The notes: generated by a model not told the origin, from the letters alone. A DNA stretch of 64,000 bases from Minisyncoccota bacterium (GCA_041389085.1 JAWKSL010000001.1:34921-98920), one strand, 5' to 3'; shown: positions 20,972 to 31,177, numbered from the stretch's first letter. Numbers and translations: made by a program.

Positions 20972-21835
20972 ATGAATTCCTCAAAAGATACTCACGAATT
21001 TGAAGCTATAAAAAAGAACCGCCACGTTGAAGTTGAGTATCCTCCTGAGCTTCTTGCCCCAATCCAGAGAAATACCCAAGCATGGAGCGATCTTTGCGCT
21101 CTCAGCCCAGAGATTAAGCAAAAGCTTCGTTTCGTTGAAGATCCTCGCTACCTTGACGGCGAAGGATACGAACTTAAAACAACCCCAGGAGACAACCTCG
21201 ATCTTAAAGAGAACTTTCACTTCACCCTCAGTGCCTACGAAAGACTTGCCGAGAGTGCCAAAGCACATCCGGTACTTCAAGAGTTTATTGAAAGCTCCCG
21301 GTCATTAATTGAGAGCTCGGCTGAGCGCATTGTTGCCTTTGCTTCCGAGCTTGAGATTTCTGGTAACATGCCGGGGTTAGCTGATGAAGTTGCGAGTGGC
21401 AAGAACCGCTGGATCCTTAGAAACCTTCACTACTTTCCTGGGCACGACCAAGACATCGTTGCTGGAGCACATACCGACAAAGCTGGCTTCACTCTCCACC
21501 TTTTTGAAGACAAGCCTGGGCTTGAATTTTACGATGGAGTAAACTGGCAGCCTTTTCCTACTGGGCCTGGTCACACCGTTATCTTGCCAGATATACAAAT
21601 GCAGTACCGAAGTGGTGGGCTCATTGAAGCCACATGGCACCGCGTAGTCGCAAACGCTGACGTTAAGGCTCAGGGGCGTAAGTCTGCTGTAATGTTTATC
21701 CCTTTTCACAAGACTCCATACTTCGACAAAGTACGCTTCGGACGACAGCAAGACCTCCCTCTTGGGTTTAACTACGGTATGCCGTTTGAGAAGTTTAGAG
21801 AAATGTTCCGGGACTCTCCTTTTCAAGAAGGATAA
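20972..21835 (+). CDS. 2-oxoglutarate/Fe(II)-dependent oxygenase (IPNS-like)
   Basis: HTD...H iron triad (AHTDK, TWHRV) and RxS (GRKSAV). Confidence 0.8.
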   Translation: MNSSKDTHEFEAIKKNRHVEVEYPPELLAPIQRNTQAWSDLCALSPEIKQKLRFVEDPRYLDGEGYELKTTPGDNLDLKENFHFTLSAYERLAESAKAHPVLQEFIESSRSLIESSAERIVAFASELEISGNMPGLADEVASGKNRWILRNLHYFPGHDQDIVAGAHTDKAGFTLHLFEDKPGLEFYDGVNWQPFPTGPGHTVILPDIQMQYRSGGLIEATWHRVVANADVKAQGRKSAVMFIPFHKTPYFDKVRFGRQQDLPLGFNYGMPFEKFREMFRDSPFQEG

Positions 21836-21868
21836 GTAATATAAGAAATATCGATCGCGAAGCTAAAT

Positions 21869-21996
21869 GGCCGTGCCTACGGCAGATAAACTCACACATA
21901 TCGCCTTCAACTTTAACGGCTCACACGTACGTGTGAGCCGTTAAAGTTCTAGTCTAGGATGTAGTATCCATGCGCCCCTTTCCGTGTGAGGCGTTT
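21869..21996. repeat. Dispersed palindromic repeat, copy 2
   Basis: 40-bp palindrome at 21909-21948; left flank shared with 51522-51550, right flank shared with 2022-2069. Confidence 0.95.
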
Positions 21997-22018
21997 GTGG
22001 ACTAAGGAATCTATTGCG

Positions 22019-22405
22019 TTATTTGCGTCTGAGCCAACGCTTCCCTTTTCCTGGGAAACCGTAGAAAGCGAGGAGTGCAAGTGGAGCGCCCCAGTTTGCC
22101 CAACGCTCAAAGAAGTCCCAAATTGGATCAGGGCCAATTGGCCACCTGATCATGGCAGTCCAGAGACCCCATAGAGCCATCCATGCAAGAGCGAGTCTGA
22201 ATGGTACAAAAAGAACAATGATCGCAAGCAATATATCCATAACGCCAATGTATGGCATTAGGGTGTTTGCGGTGGCATCTGATATACCTACAGAGTTGAA
22301 GTACTTTAACCACCCTGCTTTTTGCTGGAGAGCAAAGACTCCGTGTCCCAAGAACTCTCCAAATATACCAATCCTTAGAGCCCACTCAATTACTTTCTTG
22401 TTCAT
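22019..22405 (-). CDS. Small integral membrane protein (DoxX-like)
   Basis: ALRIGIFGEFLGHG, several hydrophobic segments, ERWANWGAPLALL. Confidence 0.7.
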   Translation of the reverse strand: MNKKVIEWALRIGIFGEFLGHGVFALQQKAGWLKYFNSVGISDATANTLMPYIGVMDILLAIIVLFVPFRLALAWMALWGLWTAMIRWPIGPDPIWDFFERWANWGAPLALLAFYGFPGKGKRWLRRK

Positions 22406-22501
22406 TTTTTTTAAGAAAAAATTATTGACCCCGAGGCTCACCTCTTCTAGAGTCGTGTTTCGCCCCAGTACTTATATTTTACTCCTTTTAAAACCCTCCC
22501 T

Positions 22502-23665
22502 CTACTGAGTTGTGGAGAGGTGCATTTGGTTCACGCTTGGAAGTGAGGCAATGTCGTCTTCAAATATAAAGCGATATTGGTCAAACCCTGAGAAAAGAAT
22601 TGTAAGAATGATAATTGCTCCAAAAATAGTTCCCCAGAAGTAGGATATTCCACCGAAAAACTTTCGCTTTAAACTGCGGAATACCGCCCAAAGAATTAGG
22701 AGATAGAGGGTGATGTGTAGCGCAAGCAATGCAAGGAAGTAAAATACTGGCATTTTAATGATTGGCATAAAAAGTAGGTCTGCACTGCCAATCGTTAGGT
22801 AGAGAATGTATGTTACAAAGATTGACACGAGGAATGCGACAAAGATCGGCACGGCAAAATACAGAAGTGCTTTCTTTGATAGACCGCTACTGCCCCTTCC
22901 AATCAAGCTGCGCGTTTCTTTTATTGCCTCTTTATAGTTTCTTGGACGTGTGTGTGGGTGGCGTCTATTTTCAACAATAAAGGCGATTATTGCTCCCGCG
23001 ATAAACGCTACGAGCGTACCAAGCCAAGAAAGCAGAACTCCTGAGGCGCTTAGCCCTCTTGGGCCGGCAACTTGATCTGTGTATTCTGCAGAGGTCATAA
23101 GGAGCGGTCGCACTTCTGTTGGCACACAATCAATTCCCACACAGTCTTCGCGCGGCTCAATAGTAAGTGAAACTCCTTTTAGCCCGGACAGTACGTTTGT
23201 AGCGCTTCCGTCGTGTGCTAGAACCTCACCACTTGCAAGCTCAAACTTTGCCTCTCCTGCTTGAAGCGCTCGAAATGTAGCAGAAAAGATGTGGCCGCTT
23301 GCTGCTCTAAACCCTCCATCCTTCAAGAGGATACCTTCAAAGGTTATAAGGCTTGTTGCCGGGTCGTACTCTGGCTCTTTTATCCAAAAAGAAACTGCTG
23401 AATCCTCCAGGTCTGTTGTAACGAAATCGAAGTGCTCAAACGGCACAAAGACTGACCCAGAGATGGCATTTATAGCGGTGAAGTTTTCTTTTAGCTGAAC
23501 CCCTACTTTAATAATCTGACCCTCTTTAAGGTTTGAGACCCTTGACTCAAGAGAAATAATCGCTGCATCGGTAGGCTGAGGAGCGAGAAGCACCGTAACG
23601 GCGGCGATAAGTAGGACGGTCTTAGCGAATATCTTTTTTATGTCTGAAGAGTACACGATAGGCAA
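22502..23665 (-). CDS. Cohesin-like domain membrane protein
   Basis: Signal peptide, INAISGSV..FW..EP..GEVLAHDGSATNVL, several C-terminal TM segments. Confidence 0.65.
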   Translation of the reverse strand: MPIVYSSDIKKIFAKTVLLIAAVTVLLAPQPTDAAIISLESRVSNLKEGQIIKVGVQLKENFTAINAISGSVFVPFEHFDFVTTDLEDSAVSFWIKEPEYDPATSLITFEGILLKDGGFRAASGHIFSATFRALQAGEAKFELASGEVLAHDGSATNVLSGLKGVSLTIEPREDCVGIDCVPTEVRPLLMTSAEYTDQVAGPRGLSASGVLLSWLGTLVAFIAGAIIAFIVENRRHPHTRPRNYKEAIKETRSLIGRGSSGLSKKALLYFAVPIFVAFLVSIFVTYILYLTIGSADLLFMPIIKMPVFYFLALLALHITLYLLILWAVFRSLKRKFFGGISYFWGTIFGAIIILTILFSGFDQYRFIFEDDIASLPSVNQMHLSTTQ

Positions 23666-24473
23666 GTGTGGTTACTGCTAATACTGCTAGTGCGACTGCC
23701 AGCCATACATAAATAAATCCGTGCTTGCTGAGAGTAAAGACTGCTGAGTTCCCTGCTACGTCAAACACTCTCGCTTGGTATGGAGGCTCGCTACCCTTCA
23801 TTATATAAGGGTTTTGAGCTTTTTTCCACCCTGACCAGGGCCATTTTTTTATCTGGAAGCCTGCTATACCCGACTGTCTGTCTTCTGCATACAAGAATAA
23901 AAGTGACTCACCTTGCTGCTGAGTGTTTTCTACAATTTCAAATTGTAGCTCCCTTGGTGGAGTTGTGTCTTTTGGTTTTTCAAAATAGTCACCGCTTCCC
24001 GCGTTGATACTAATTTTTTCCTGGAGAGAAACAAGTGTTCCTTCGCCGTCGCTCTTTGCCACCTGAGAGCCTTCGAGCACGGTGGCTACAACATCTCCCT
24101 TGCTTTTACCGACTACTGTAAACAAATAGCCATTCATCTGCATAAGGCTTTGCTGGGCATAGCTCTGAGAGTTGTAGCCGCCAGGAATAATGCCCGCGAG
24201 CGAAACTGTGCCCTCCTTCACTAAAGGAGCTTGTATCCATGTAGGAATAATGCTTTCTCCGTATGAGATGCTTTCTACTTCTATGTTTACGAGCCCTATT
24301 TTGAGCTCAGCAGCGTTTATTTCTTCCGACTGAGTATCTATGAAGAAGCTTAGCTCTGTGCGATCTCCCTGAGAAGTTTTCAGGTTTTTTGCTTTCGCAA
24401 AAATTGAAGCTGCGCTTGCTTGATGCGCTATGAGAAGAAAAGCTACGGCGATGAGAGAAATTGTTCGTTTCAT
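23622..24473 (-). CDS. Cohesin-like domain surface protein
   Basis: Signal peptide, EINAAE..W...P..LAGIIPGG..SDGEGT, DTTPP, C-terminal TM segment. Confidence 0.65.
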   Translation of the reverse strand: MKRTISLIAVAFLLIAHQASAASIFAKAKNLKTSQGDRTELSFFIDTQSEEINAAELKIGLVNIEVESISYGESIIPTWIQAPLVKEGTVSLAGIIPGGYNSQSYAQQSLMQMNGYLFTVVGKSKGDVVATVLEGSQVAKSDGEGTLVSLQEKISINAGSGDYFEKPKDTTPPRELQFEIVENTQQQGESLLFLYAEDRQSGIAGFQIKKWPWSGWKKAQNPYIMKGSEPPYQARVFDVAGNSAVFTLSKHGFIYVWLAVALAVLAVTTLAYRVLFRHKKDIR

Positions 24474-24474
24474 A

Positions 24475-25326
24475 CTATCCTGTCCAGTAGTAAGCCAAAA
24501 TACTAAAATCTCGTAGAGTAATTCTGCCGTCTCCGCTCAGAATTCCAAGCTCTGCTTGGCGAATAGTTTCTGGAAAGTCTAATCTATTCATCCAATATAC
24601 AAGAATGGAGAAGTCTTTCAGATTTACCCTATTGTCGCTGTTTAAGTCTCCTCTTGTCTGGCTGGTCATTTTTGAAGCATCGACATCGCTTATCACTGCC
24701 TGGCTCGACTGGGAGTTTTCAACTGGAAAGCTTTGATTGAGTGACCTTAAATTTCCTGTGCTGGCGTTGATAGTGTAGGTATAAATTCCAAGTGGTTGAC
24801 TGGCTACAATGATTTGAAAGCTTCCCGCTTCGTCGGCTTGCGCGGTTGCAACAATAAGACCGTTCCGAAGAATAGTTACTGTGGCGTTTGGCAAAGTTTG
24901 CCCACTAAACTCAACTGAGCTATTTGCGTCGCTTGGGATATTTTGTCCAGGTTGTGCGACTTGGCTCGATCCTGTGCCACCGTAACTACCAGAAACTGCT
25001 CCTGTTGATTCTTGTGTTGCATTAACCTCGCTGTCATCTGAGCTTGATTCACAGCCAGGATCGGCTGGATAGTCGGTAAGCCCATCGCCGTCATTATCTA
25101 TACCGTCTTCACAGAGACTGAGCGGAGGAGCTTCGCTATCGTCGGTTGCTGAATCGCAATCTGCGTCGCTGGGATAGTCGGTAAAACCATCAGCATCGTT
25201 ATCGCTTCCATCTGAGCACTCAAAAACAGCGACTGTAACGCTTACGCTGACTGTTGCTGCAAGAGCCCGCCCGGCAAGGAAGGTAAGGAATAGTGCGAGA
25301 ACTAGAGTCCATTTACTCTTTGCCAC
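24475..25326 (-). CDS. Secreted protein with Cys/Asp repeats and dockerin-like C-terminus
   Basis: Two CxDGxDNDxDGxTDYPxDxxC repeats; duplicated EF-hand-like GDLNSDNRVNLKDFSIL and GDGRITLRDFSIL. Confidence 0.75.
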   Translation of the reverse strand: MAKSKWTLVLALFLTFLAGRALAATVSVSVTVAVFECSDGSDNDADGFTDYPSDADCDSATDDSEAPPLSLCEDGIDNDGDGLTDYPADPGCESSSDDSEVNATQESTGAVSGSYGGTGSSQVAQPGQNIPSDANSSVEFSGQTLPNATVTILRNGLIVATAQADEAGSFQIIVASQPLGIYTYTINASTGNLRSLNQSFPVENSQSSQAVISDVDASKMTSQTRGDLNSDNRVNLKDFSILVYWMNRLDFPETIRQAELGILSGDGRITLRDFSILAYYWTG

Positions 25327-25330
25327 ACGA

Positions 25331-26212
25331 CTATCGTCTTTTTCTTCGCTTAAGTTTTAGGAAGGCAAACACAATAACTATAAGCCCTAAAAGACTAGCT
25401 CCTACAGATAGATAGGTTTTATTTTTTTCAAAAAATGTCTTCTCGAGCACATTGAAGACTGTGCGCTGCTCGGCTACAACATCGTTTCCCTCAAAAACTT
25501 TTACATGCCCCCAATACTCACCAACTCCAAGCTTAACGTCTATCGGGAAAAGCATATCAATAGCTTCTTCGCTAAATGCTGGAATTCTTTTTACGTCATC
25601 TATCGACGTGTATGCAAGGCGAACGTCGCCAAACTTACTAAAGAGCTCAAAAGTAACAGCGTCTGGCCCACCTGGTACGTTTCCTGTGTTTTCTACCAGA
25701 ATTCGTGCATGCGGGAAATCGTTTTCTTTCACCGAAAGGAGGTCTATCTTCTTAACTTCGTAGCTAGAAAAAACATCATCTCCTACGGTAAGTTCGAGGC
25801 GAATGTTTGCTCCAAGAGCAATGGAAACTTGGCCATTTTCCGTTGCCGCTTCTGGAATAGTGGTAACGTTTAGCTGCCCTTCGTAAATACCAAGATCTGC
25901 ATCATCTGGGATTTTGATCTTTACTTTTAGTGGGAACTGCTGAGCTCCTGCAGGAATAGTAAACTTCTCCCCTTGAGTAACGCTAAGCCAGCCCTCGATC
26001 TCTTTTGGCACGTCGAAAATTGCTTGCACTGGCAGCGGTTTATCTGTATTACCCTGTACAAGATATACCTGCTTTTCGATGGTGATACCTGGTACGAGCC
26101 TATCTTCTTTTATCAGGGGAGGAGAAACTCCAAAACCCGCTTTAGCGCTCTGTGGAAGTAATACCGCCAGTGCGAGCAAGATTGTTGGGAAAAGCTTAAT
26201 ATAGGCCTTCAT
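25331..26212 (-). CDS. Secreted Ig-like protein with C-terminal membrane anchor
   Basis: Signal peptide, GFGVSPP, VENTGNV, TM segment followed by KRRKRR. Confidence 0.75.
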   Translation of the reverse strand: MKAYIKLFPTILLALAVLLPQSAKAGFGVSPPLIKEDRLVPGITIEKQVYLVQGNTDKPLPVQAIFDVPKEIEGWLSVTQGEKFTIPAGAQQFPLKVKIKIPDDADLGIYEGQLNVTTIPEAATENGQVSIALGANIRLELTVGDDVFSSYEVKKIDLLSVKENDFPHARILVENTGNVPGGPDAVTFELFSKFGDVRLAYTSIDDVKRIPAFSEEAIDMLFPIDVKLGVGEYWGHVKVFEGNDVVAEQRTVFNVLEKTFFEKNKTYLSVGASLLGLIVIVFAFLKLKRRKRR

Positions 26213-26260
26213 TGTGTGCTTAATGCTATCAGTATTCCTCACGGATGGGAAGCTTACTTA

Positions 26261-27185
26261 CTACTGGGCAGTTCCTGCTAGTAATAGTGTTTGTTCCGGT
26301 ATAGGTTCCTGCTGCAGTTGCCGGTGGTACTCCAAGTCCCCACGAAATTGTATCTGTTGTTGTCGGGTTTCCGTCGTTTGTCGGTTGAGGAAGGGTAATG
26401 TTGATGTAGGTTGGCGTTGTAGAAAGGTCGGTTCCTGCGCTGTAAACGAAGGGATCAGCATCGTACTCCTGGTTTCCTACGGTAAGAGTATCTCCACCGC
26501 TTGTCATGTTAGTACCTGAAAGCTGTGGGTCCATATCTACGTTCCCTGTGTTGGTAACAGTAGTTGTAGAGTTTTGATCTGCAGAGTCTGATCCTGCAGC
26601 GAGTGTTCCATAGGCTATGGAAGCGGTAACGTCGAGTGCCTGCAGGGTGTTAATTTCGGTGGTTCCGGTGCTGTCTGTTGATGTTGCAGTACCATCTCCT
26701 GCTTTGAGAGTTGCTACCCAGTTTTGTGCGCTAAATGAACCAGTGTCGGTAGGGTCTGCATAGTACTGAATTGGTACTCCGCACCCATAAGCTGCTGAAG
26801 TGTCTGAGCCACCGTCGCAGGTGTTTGAGTCGAGCACAACACAGGTTACTTGCGCGTAGCAATTGTTGTTGTCTGACTCTCCGCTCGTGTCGCAACCCGT
26901 TGCAGTTATACCTGAGCGATAAAAGTCGAGCGTAACAGCAAAAATCTCACCACAGCCGTTTGTGTCGGTAACGGTAAGCGTGGTTGTGGCTACGGTAATA
27001 ATCCCCTCTGTTAGGGTAATGTTGCTTCCACTGTTTACTGAAACGCTAGAAATAGATGGAGTGGCGTTTCCGACAGTAACTGAGGTGCTTACTGAGTCTG
27101 CTGATACTAAGGTTGCTGAGAAAATCATGACTGCTGAAATGACAACTGCCAGCAGAATGTTCTTCGTAGTACTTGAAATGCTCAT
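26261..27185 (-). CDS. Secreted Thr/Ser-rich surface protein (1-nt insertion near 26280 affects the last codons)
   Basis: Signal peptide from ATG 27185; paralogous to the C-terminal part of 27260-29557. The paralog implies the ending ITAGTAQ* at 26261. Confidence 0.75.
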
Positions 27186-27398
27186 ATTTATTTTTTTATG
27201 TGTTGTTGTAGGTAATTTTACCCCAAACTCGAATTTAAGCCTCTTTTTTTTGTGGAAAACTACTGCCCCGCTCCTGCAGTAATAGTGTTTGTTCCGGTAT
27301 AGGTTCCTGCTGCAGTTGCCGGTGGTACTCCAAGGCCCCATGAAATGGTGTCGGTGGTTGTCGGGTTTCCGTCGTTTGTCGGTTGAGGAAGGGTAATG
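26281..27398. repeat. 120-bp direct repeat (26281-26400 and 27279-27398) at the 3' ends of two paralogous genes
   Basis: Six differences, all synonymous; encodes ITLPQPTNDGNPTTTDTISWGLGVPPATAAGTYTGTNTIT. Confidence 0.92.
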
Positions 27399-29557
27399 TC
27401 GAGTGCGGCACTAAGACCAGATAAGCTCGTGCCTGCTCCATAAGTAAATGCGTCTGCAGCATACTCTATGTTTGATGCTGAAATTGAGTTTGCGCCGCTT
27501 GTCATGTTAGTACCTGAAAGAAGTGGGTCCATGTCTACGTTTCCAGTGTTGGTAATAGTTGTTGTACTATTTGAACCGCCCGTATCGTTTCCTGGGTCGA
27601 TAGTGCCAAAGTCGATGGTGCTTTCCGTAATTTCTAAGGCAAGAAGTGAAGCCATTTCAATAGTGTCGCTACTTGTTGTTCCTGCACCATCGCCGTCGCT
27701 TGGCGTTAGCGTACATGTCCAGGTATCGCTTGCATTTGGCGAGCCTGCATCGGTAGCGTCTGCATAGTAGTAGACCGGGATAGTGCACGTATACGTTTCG
27801 CTATTCCCTGACCCACCTGATGGGACGCACTCGCTATCGCCCGATTCTTGATAGTGGCTATTGTTGTCGAGCCCTGAACCAATTCCTACTGATGTTCTAA
27901 ATAAGTCTGCCTTCACTGAGTCTATGTCTGCATAACCATCCGCATCCGTTACCGTGCCGGCGCAGACTACGTTTTTTGTTGTTCCTTCGGTAAGGGTTAT
28001 CGACGATGCATCTGAGTCTATCGAAATTGCACTTGCGATTGGCGCTGTGTTTCCACTCGATGTAGCAAAGGTTGCAACGTTGATGGCGAAGAAGCCTACT
28101 GTATTTGCTTGTGTTCGATCTGTCCCTCCACCCTCTGTTCCTGTAATCGGATTCATATCAAGACCGATGTCGTGGCCGTCAGTAGCTACAAAATATATAG
28201 CTCCTGGGTGGAAGCTTCCTGCAAATGTGTCTTGACTTCCCTGGTTTCCGCGCGTGTAGGCACCGTGTCTGCCGAGCGTTTGCTGAGTGCCATTTACGGT
28301 GATCGATCCGTACGCGGTCAATCGCTGCCCAGCACTTACGTTGTTTCGTGCTGTCCATACGTTTGCCCAAGCTAAAACATCGGTTGAGTTTACAACATTC
28401 ATCGCTGAGTTGCTTGCTTTTGTAAAACTTTCAGAGTCGTTAAATTCTACGTCGCGCATAGCGTTCAGCGTTACCGCGCTGGTGATATTTTGGAGCCCTG
28501 TTGAGTCGTGTGACTTAAACACTTCTACGTTGTCTGGTAGCTCTAGCACCACTATTTGACCATTCCCATCAAGGTCAAACGATCCGTCTACATCTGCACC
28601 TCCTTGGTCTGCAGATACACCCGGACCTCTAAATACCTCTACCTGAATGTCGATGTCCGATGTGCTTGTTTCGATAAGATCCATAGAGCCGATACCGCAG
28701 TACTCGTTTGCACTGCTTCTCTGATAGCAGTATGAGCGCGTTGATAGTGCGTCTGTGCCTCCATACTCAAGGTGCCCAATTCTTTGAGTTCTTGAACCCC
28801 CTGTATCTCCTGATATTCCCCAGGCAATAAGGTAGCGCTTATTATCTCCCTTTACGGTTACAGTGTCTGCTGAGGTGTTTACTTCTATAGCGCTGGAGTT
28901 TGATTGCACAACAGTTCCTGTGAGGTCCATTGTATTTGGAGTTGTGCCTCCTGCTGCTCCACTTGTCGCTCCGTAGTTATATATACCCCAGTTTTCTGGG
29001 TTTATTCTTACAATCTGAAGGTTTGATAAGCCAGCAACACTTCCTCCTGTAGCTTCGTCTGTGTCTCGCCTTGTTTGTATTTCTACTCGCGAGTTTGCGG
29101 TTGCACCAATAATGACCCCGACAGCTCGGCTCCAGTACTCATCTTCTGAGTTGTCGCGAGAATATCCGGTCATATAGGTTGTAAATACTGATCCGCTTCC
29201 TGAGGTTTGTACCACTTTTGACTGAATGTTGTTTCTTCCGTTTGAAGTATCGTTTCCTCGTGTTGTAGCCAAAATAAGATAGCTTCCTGCTTCATCGAGC
29301 TCAATTGTTGAGCTGCTTATTTGCGTATAGATGCCGTCGTTTCGAATTTCAGTATCGTATTCGTACGCGGCAAAGCTTGTACCCGCAGTCTGGCTTCCCG
29401 TTTGGTCTTGCCAGTGCCCAATGTCTCCGACAGCTGCCTCTACACTCTCAGGTCTAGGAGGAAAATTAAGGTCGCCCCAAACTTGAGGCCATCCTGCAAA
29501 AATCCAAGCAAGAACCAGGGCGAATATCGCTATGTTTCTTCCGAGCCTTAATTTCAT
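27260..29557 (-). CDS. Large secreted surface protein
   Basis: 765 aa, signal peptide, Thr/Ser/Gly-rich beta domains, C-terminal domain shared with the downstream gene. Confidence 0.85.
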   Translation of the reverse strand: MKLRLGRNIAIFALVLAWIFAGWPQVWGDLNFPPRPESVEAAVGDIGHWQDQTGSQTAGTSFAAYEYDTEIRNDGIYTQISSSTIELDEAGSYLILATTRGNDTSNGRNNIQSKVVQTSGSGSVFTTYMTGYSRDNSEDEYWSRAVGVIIGATANSRVEIQTRRDTDEATGGSVAGLSNLQIVRINPENWGIYNYGATSGAAGGTTPNTMDLTGTVVQSNSSAIEVNTSADTVTVKGDNKRYLIAWGISGDTGGSRTQRIGHLEYGGTDALSTRSYCYQRSSANEYCGIGSMDLIETSTSDIDIQVEVFRGPGVSADQGGADVDGSFDLDGNGQIVVLELPDNVEVFKSHDSTGLQNITSAVTLNAMRDVEFNDSESFTKASNSAMNVVNSTDVLAWANVWTARNNVSAGQRLTAYGSITVNGTQQTLGRHGAYTRGNQGSQDTFAGSFHPGAIYFVATDGHDIGLDMNPITGTEGGGTDRTQANTVGFFAINVATFATSSGNTAPIASAISIDSDASSITLTEGTTKNVVCAGTVTDADGYADIDSVKADLFRTSVGIGSGLDNNSHYQESGDSECVPSGGSGNSETYTCTIPVYYYADATDAGSPNASDTWTCTLTPSDGDGAGTTSSDTIEMASLLALEITESTIDFGTIDPGNDTGGSNSTTTITNTGNVDMDPLLSGTNMTSGANSISASNIEYAADAFTYGAGTSLSGLSAALDITLPQPTNDGNPTTTDTISWGLGVPPATAAGTYTGTNTITAGAGQ

Positions 29558-29659
29558 TTTACTTTGTCATATTATACAGGAGCGAGCGCTTAAAAATCTA
29601 GGTTGATTCTCACTTGTCATTTTGCCTTATAATCATTAGAATATACCCTGTCCGTATAG

Positions 29660-29730
29660 TGCCCGGTGGTGTAATGGCAGCACGTCTGGTTTTGGTCCAG
29701 GAGATTGGGGTTCGATTCCCTGCCGGGCAA
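29660..29730 (+). tRNA. tRNA-Gln(UUG)
   Basis: Acceptor stem TGCCCGG/CCGGGCA, D-arm GGTGTAATGGCAGCAC, anticodon loop TT-TTG-GT, GGTTCGATTCC; CCA not encoded. Confidence 0.95.
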
Positions 29731-29735
29731 CCGCT

Positions 29736-30149
29736 ATGAAAAACAGTCGCGAAGATTTGGTTCGTAAGCTTCATGAAGCATTTTCTCTGCCTGTAGGAGA
29801 AGAGCCGAGTGCTTCTCTTTTAGAGCTTCGTATCCGCCTTATTCATGAAGAGGCTCAAGAGCTCTTTAAAGAGATGAATGAAGCTGTCGCTCTTATATCT
29901 TCTGGAAAGGAAGTACCGAAAGAGCTTTACGCTAACATGCTTAAAGAACTTGCTGATCTGCAATATGTACTTTCTGGAACTGCAGTTTCCCTTTTTCCAC
30001 TTTCCAATCTTCAAGAGGCATTTGAAAGGGTGTATGAGTCAAACATGAGCAAGCTTGATGAGAATGGGAAACCGATCATGCGAGAAGATGGAAAATTTTT
30101 AAAGAGCGATAGATATTTTGCTCCCAACTTGAACGACTTGATTGAGTAA
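29736..30149 (+). CDS. MazG-like NTP pyrophosphohydrolase
   Basis: LIHEEAQEL, KELADLQYV, VYESNMSK, REDGKFLK. Confidence 0.88.
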   Translation: MKNSREDLVRKLHEAFSLPVGEEPSASLLELRIRLIHEEAQELFKEMNEAVALISSGKEVPKELYANMLKELADLQYVLSGTAVSLFPLSNLQEAFERVYESNMSKLDENGKPIMREDGKFLKSDRYFAPNLNDLIE

Positions 30150-30153
30150 GAGC

Positions 30154-31152
30154 TTACTGCGGTAAAAAATCGAGAGTGAATATATCCTCGACTTCAAGCT
30201 CATCTTTGACCACTCCTCTTTGCTTCATTACCTGATAGAAGCGCTGCCAGCTCTCTTTTGTCATTTTCCCAATTGCAAAGTCTTCTGACGGCTTAATAAG
30301 TGGCTCGCTTTGTTTAAGAATATATGCCTGATAGTCTCTATCTTTGTAATCTTCATGGGTTACGTAGCCAAGCACTATGTCGAGAGCTTCGTCTTGATGT
30401 GCGAACGCATATTCCCATCCTTCAATGCTTGCTGCAATAAAACGCTTTATCATTTCCGGCCTCTTCTCGACTGTATCGCGGCGCGCCACCAAAACGTCGT
30501 TATAAAACGCTGCACCGTACTGCTCAGGATAAATTATGTTGTAGTTACTATCTTCTTGTTCGAGCTGGTAGAGTCGCGTTCGATAAAAACCGATTACATC
30601 TACTGTACCGCTCTTTAAATCCTGGTATTCTAAGCCCTCGAGTGGTAGATATTTTATTGTTACATCTTCTAGTGATAGCCCTGCTGCTTCGAGTAGTAAG
30701 CCAAGAATTGGCTCTCCCTCTGCTCCGCTACCACCCTTTACACCAAGAACTTTTCCTTTGAGCTGTCGAGGCGACGTTATTCCTGATTCTTCAAGGGAGG
30801 CTACTATATATGGAGAGTTTTGATAAAAAGCTGCAACTGCGACAAGATCTTCTCCTTCGGCAATGTGTTGTAGATATTCATTTGCACTCATTAAGCCTAG
30901 ATCTGTTTTCTTTGCCTTTAAGTCTTTTAAAACTGATCCGCCAAACTCAAACTCTTTAAAATCTACATTAATTCCATTCGTTTGATAGAAGCCTTTGTCC
31001 TTTGCGGTAAAGTACCCGGCAAACTGCGCTTGATTGACCCACTTTAGACCAAAGGTTATATTTTGATCGTTCTCTAAGGTTTTACCTCCAAGTATGGCTA
31101 ATACAGTAATGCTTACTGCAACTATAAATACTGCCAGAAATACCTTTTTCAT
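30154..31152 (-). CDS. NMT1/THI5-family substrate-binding protein
   Basis: LKWVNQAQFAGYFTAKDKGFY, FIAASIEGWEYA. Confidence 0.88.
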   Translation of the reverse strand: MKKVFLAVFIVAVSITVLAILGGKTLENDQNITFGLKWVNQAQFAGYFTAKDKGFYQTNGINVDFKEFEFGGSVLKDLKAKKTDLGLMSANEYLQHIAEGEDLVAVAAFYQNSPYIVASLEESGITSPRQLKGKVLGVKGGSGAEGEPILGLLLEAAGLSLEDVTIKYLPLEGLEYQDLKSGTVDVIGFYRTRLYQLEQEDSNYNIIYPEQYGAAFYNDVLVARRDTVEKRPEMIKRFIAASIEGWEYAFAHQDEALDIVLGYVTHEDYKDRDYQAYILKQSEPLIKPSEDFAIGKMTKESWQRFYQVMKQRGVVKDELEVEDIFTLDFLPQ

Positions 31153-31177
31153 TCTTTTGATAATTATACACGCTGTG

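Noticed and set aside
26281-27398. 120-bp repeat pair as a DGR template/variable pair
   Set aside because: Both copies are coding, all six differences are synonymous, they are not strictly adenine-specific, and there are no AAY-rich tracts.
29660-30149. tRNA-Gln as a prophage or island attachment site
   Set aside because: I saw no duplicate of the tRNA 3' end and no integrase or phage genes in the window.
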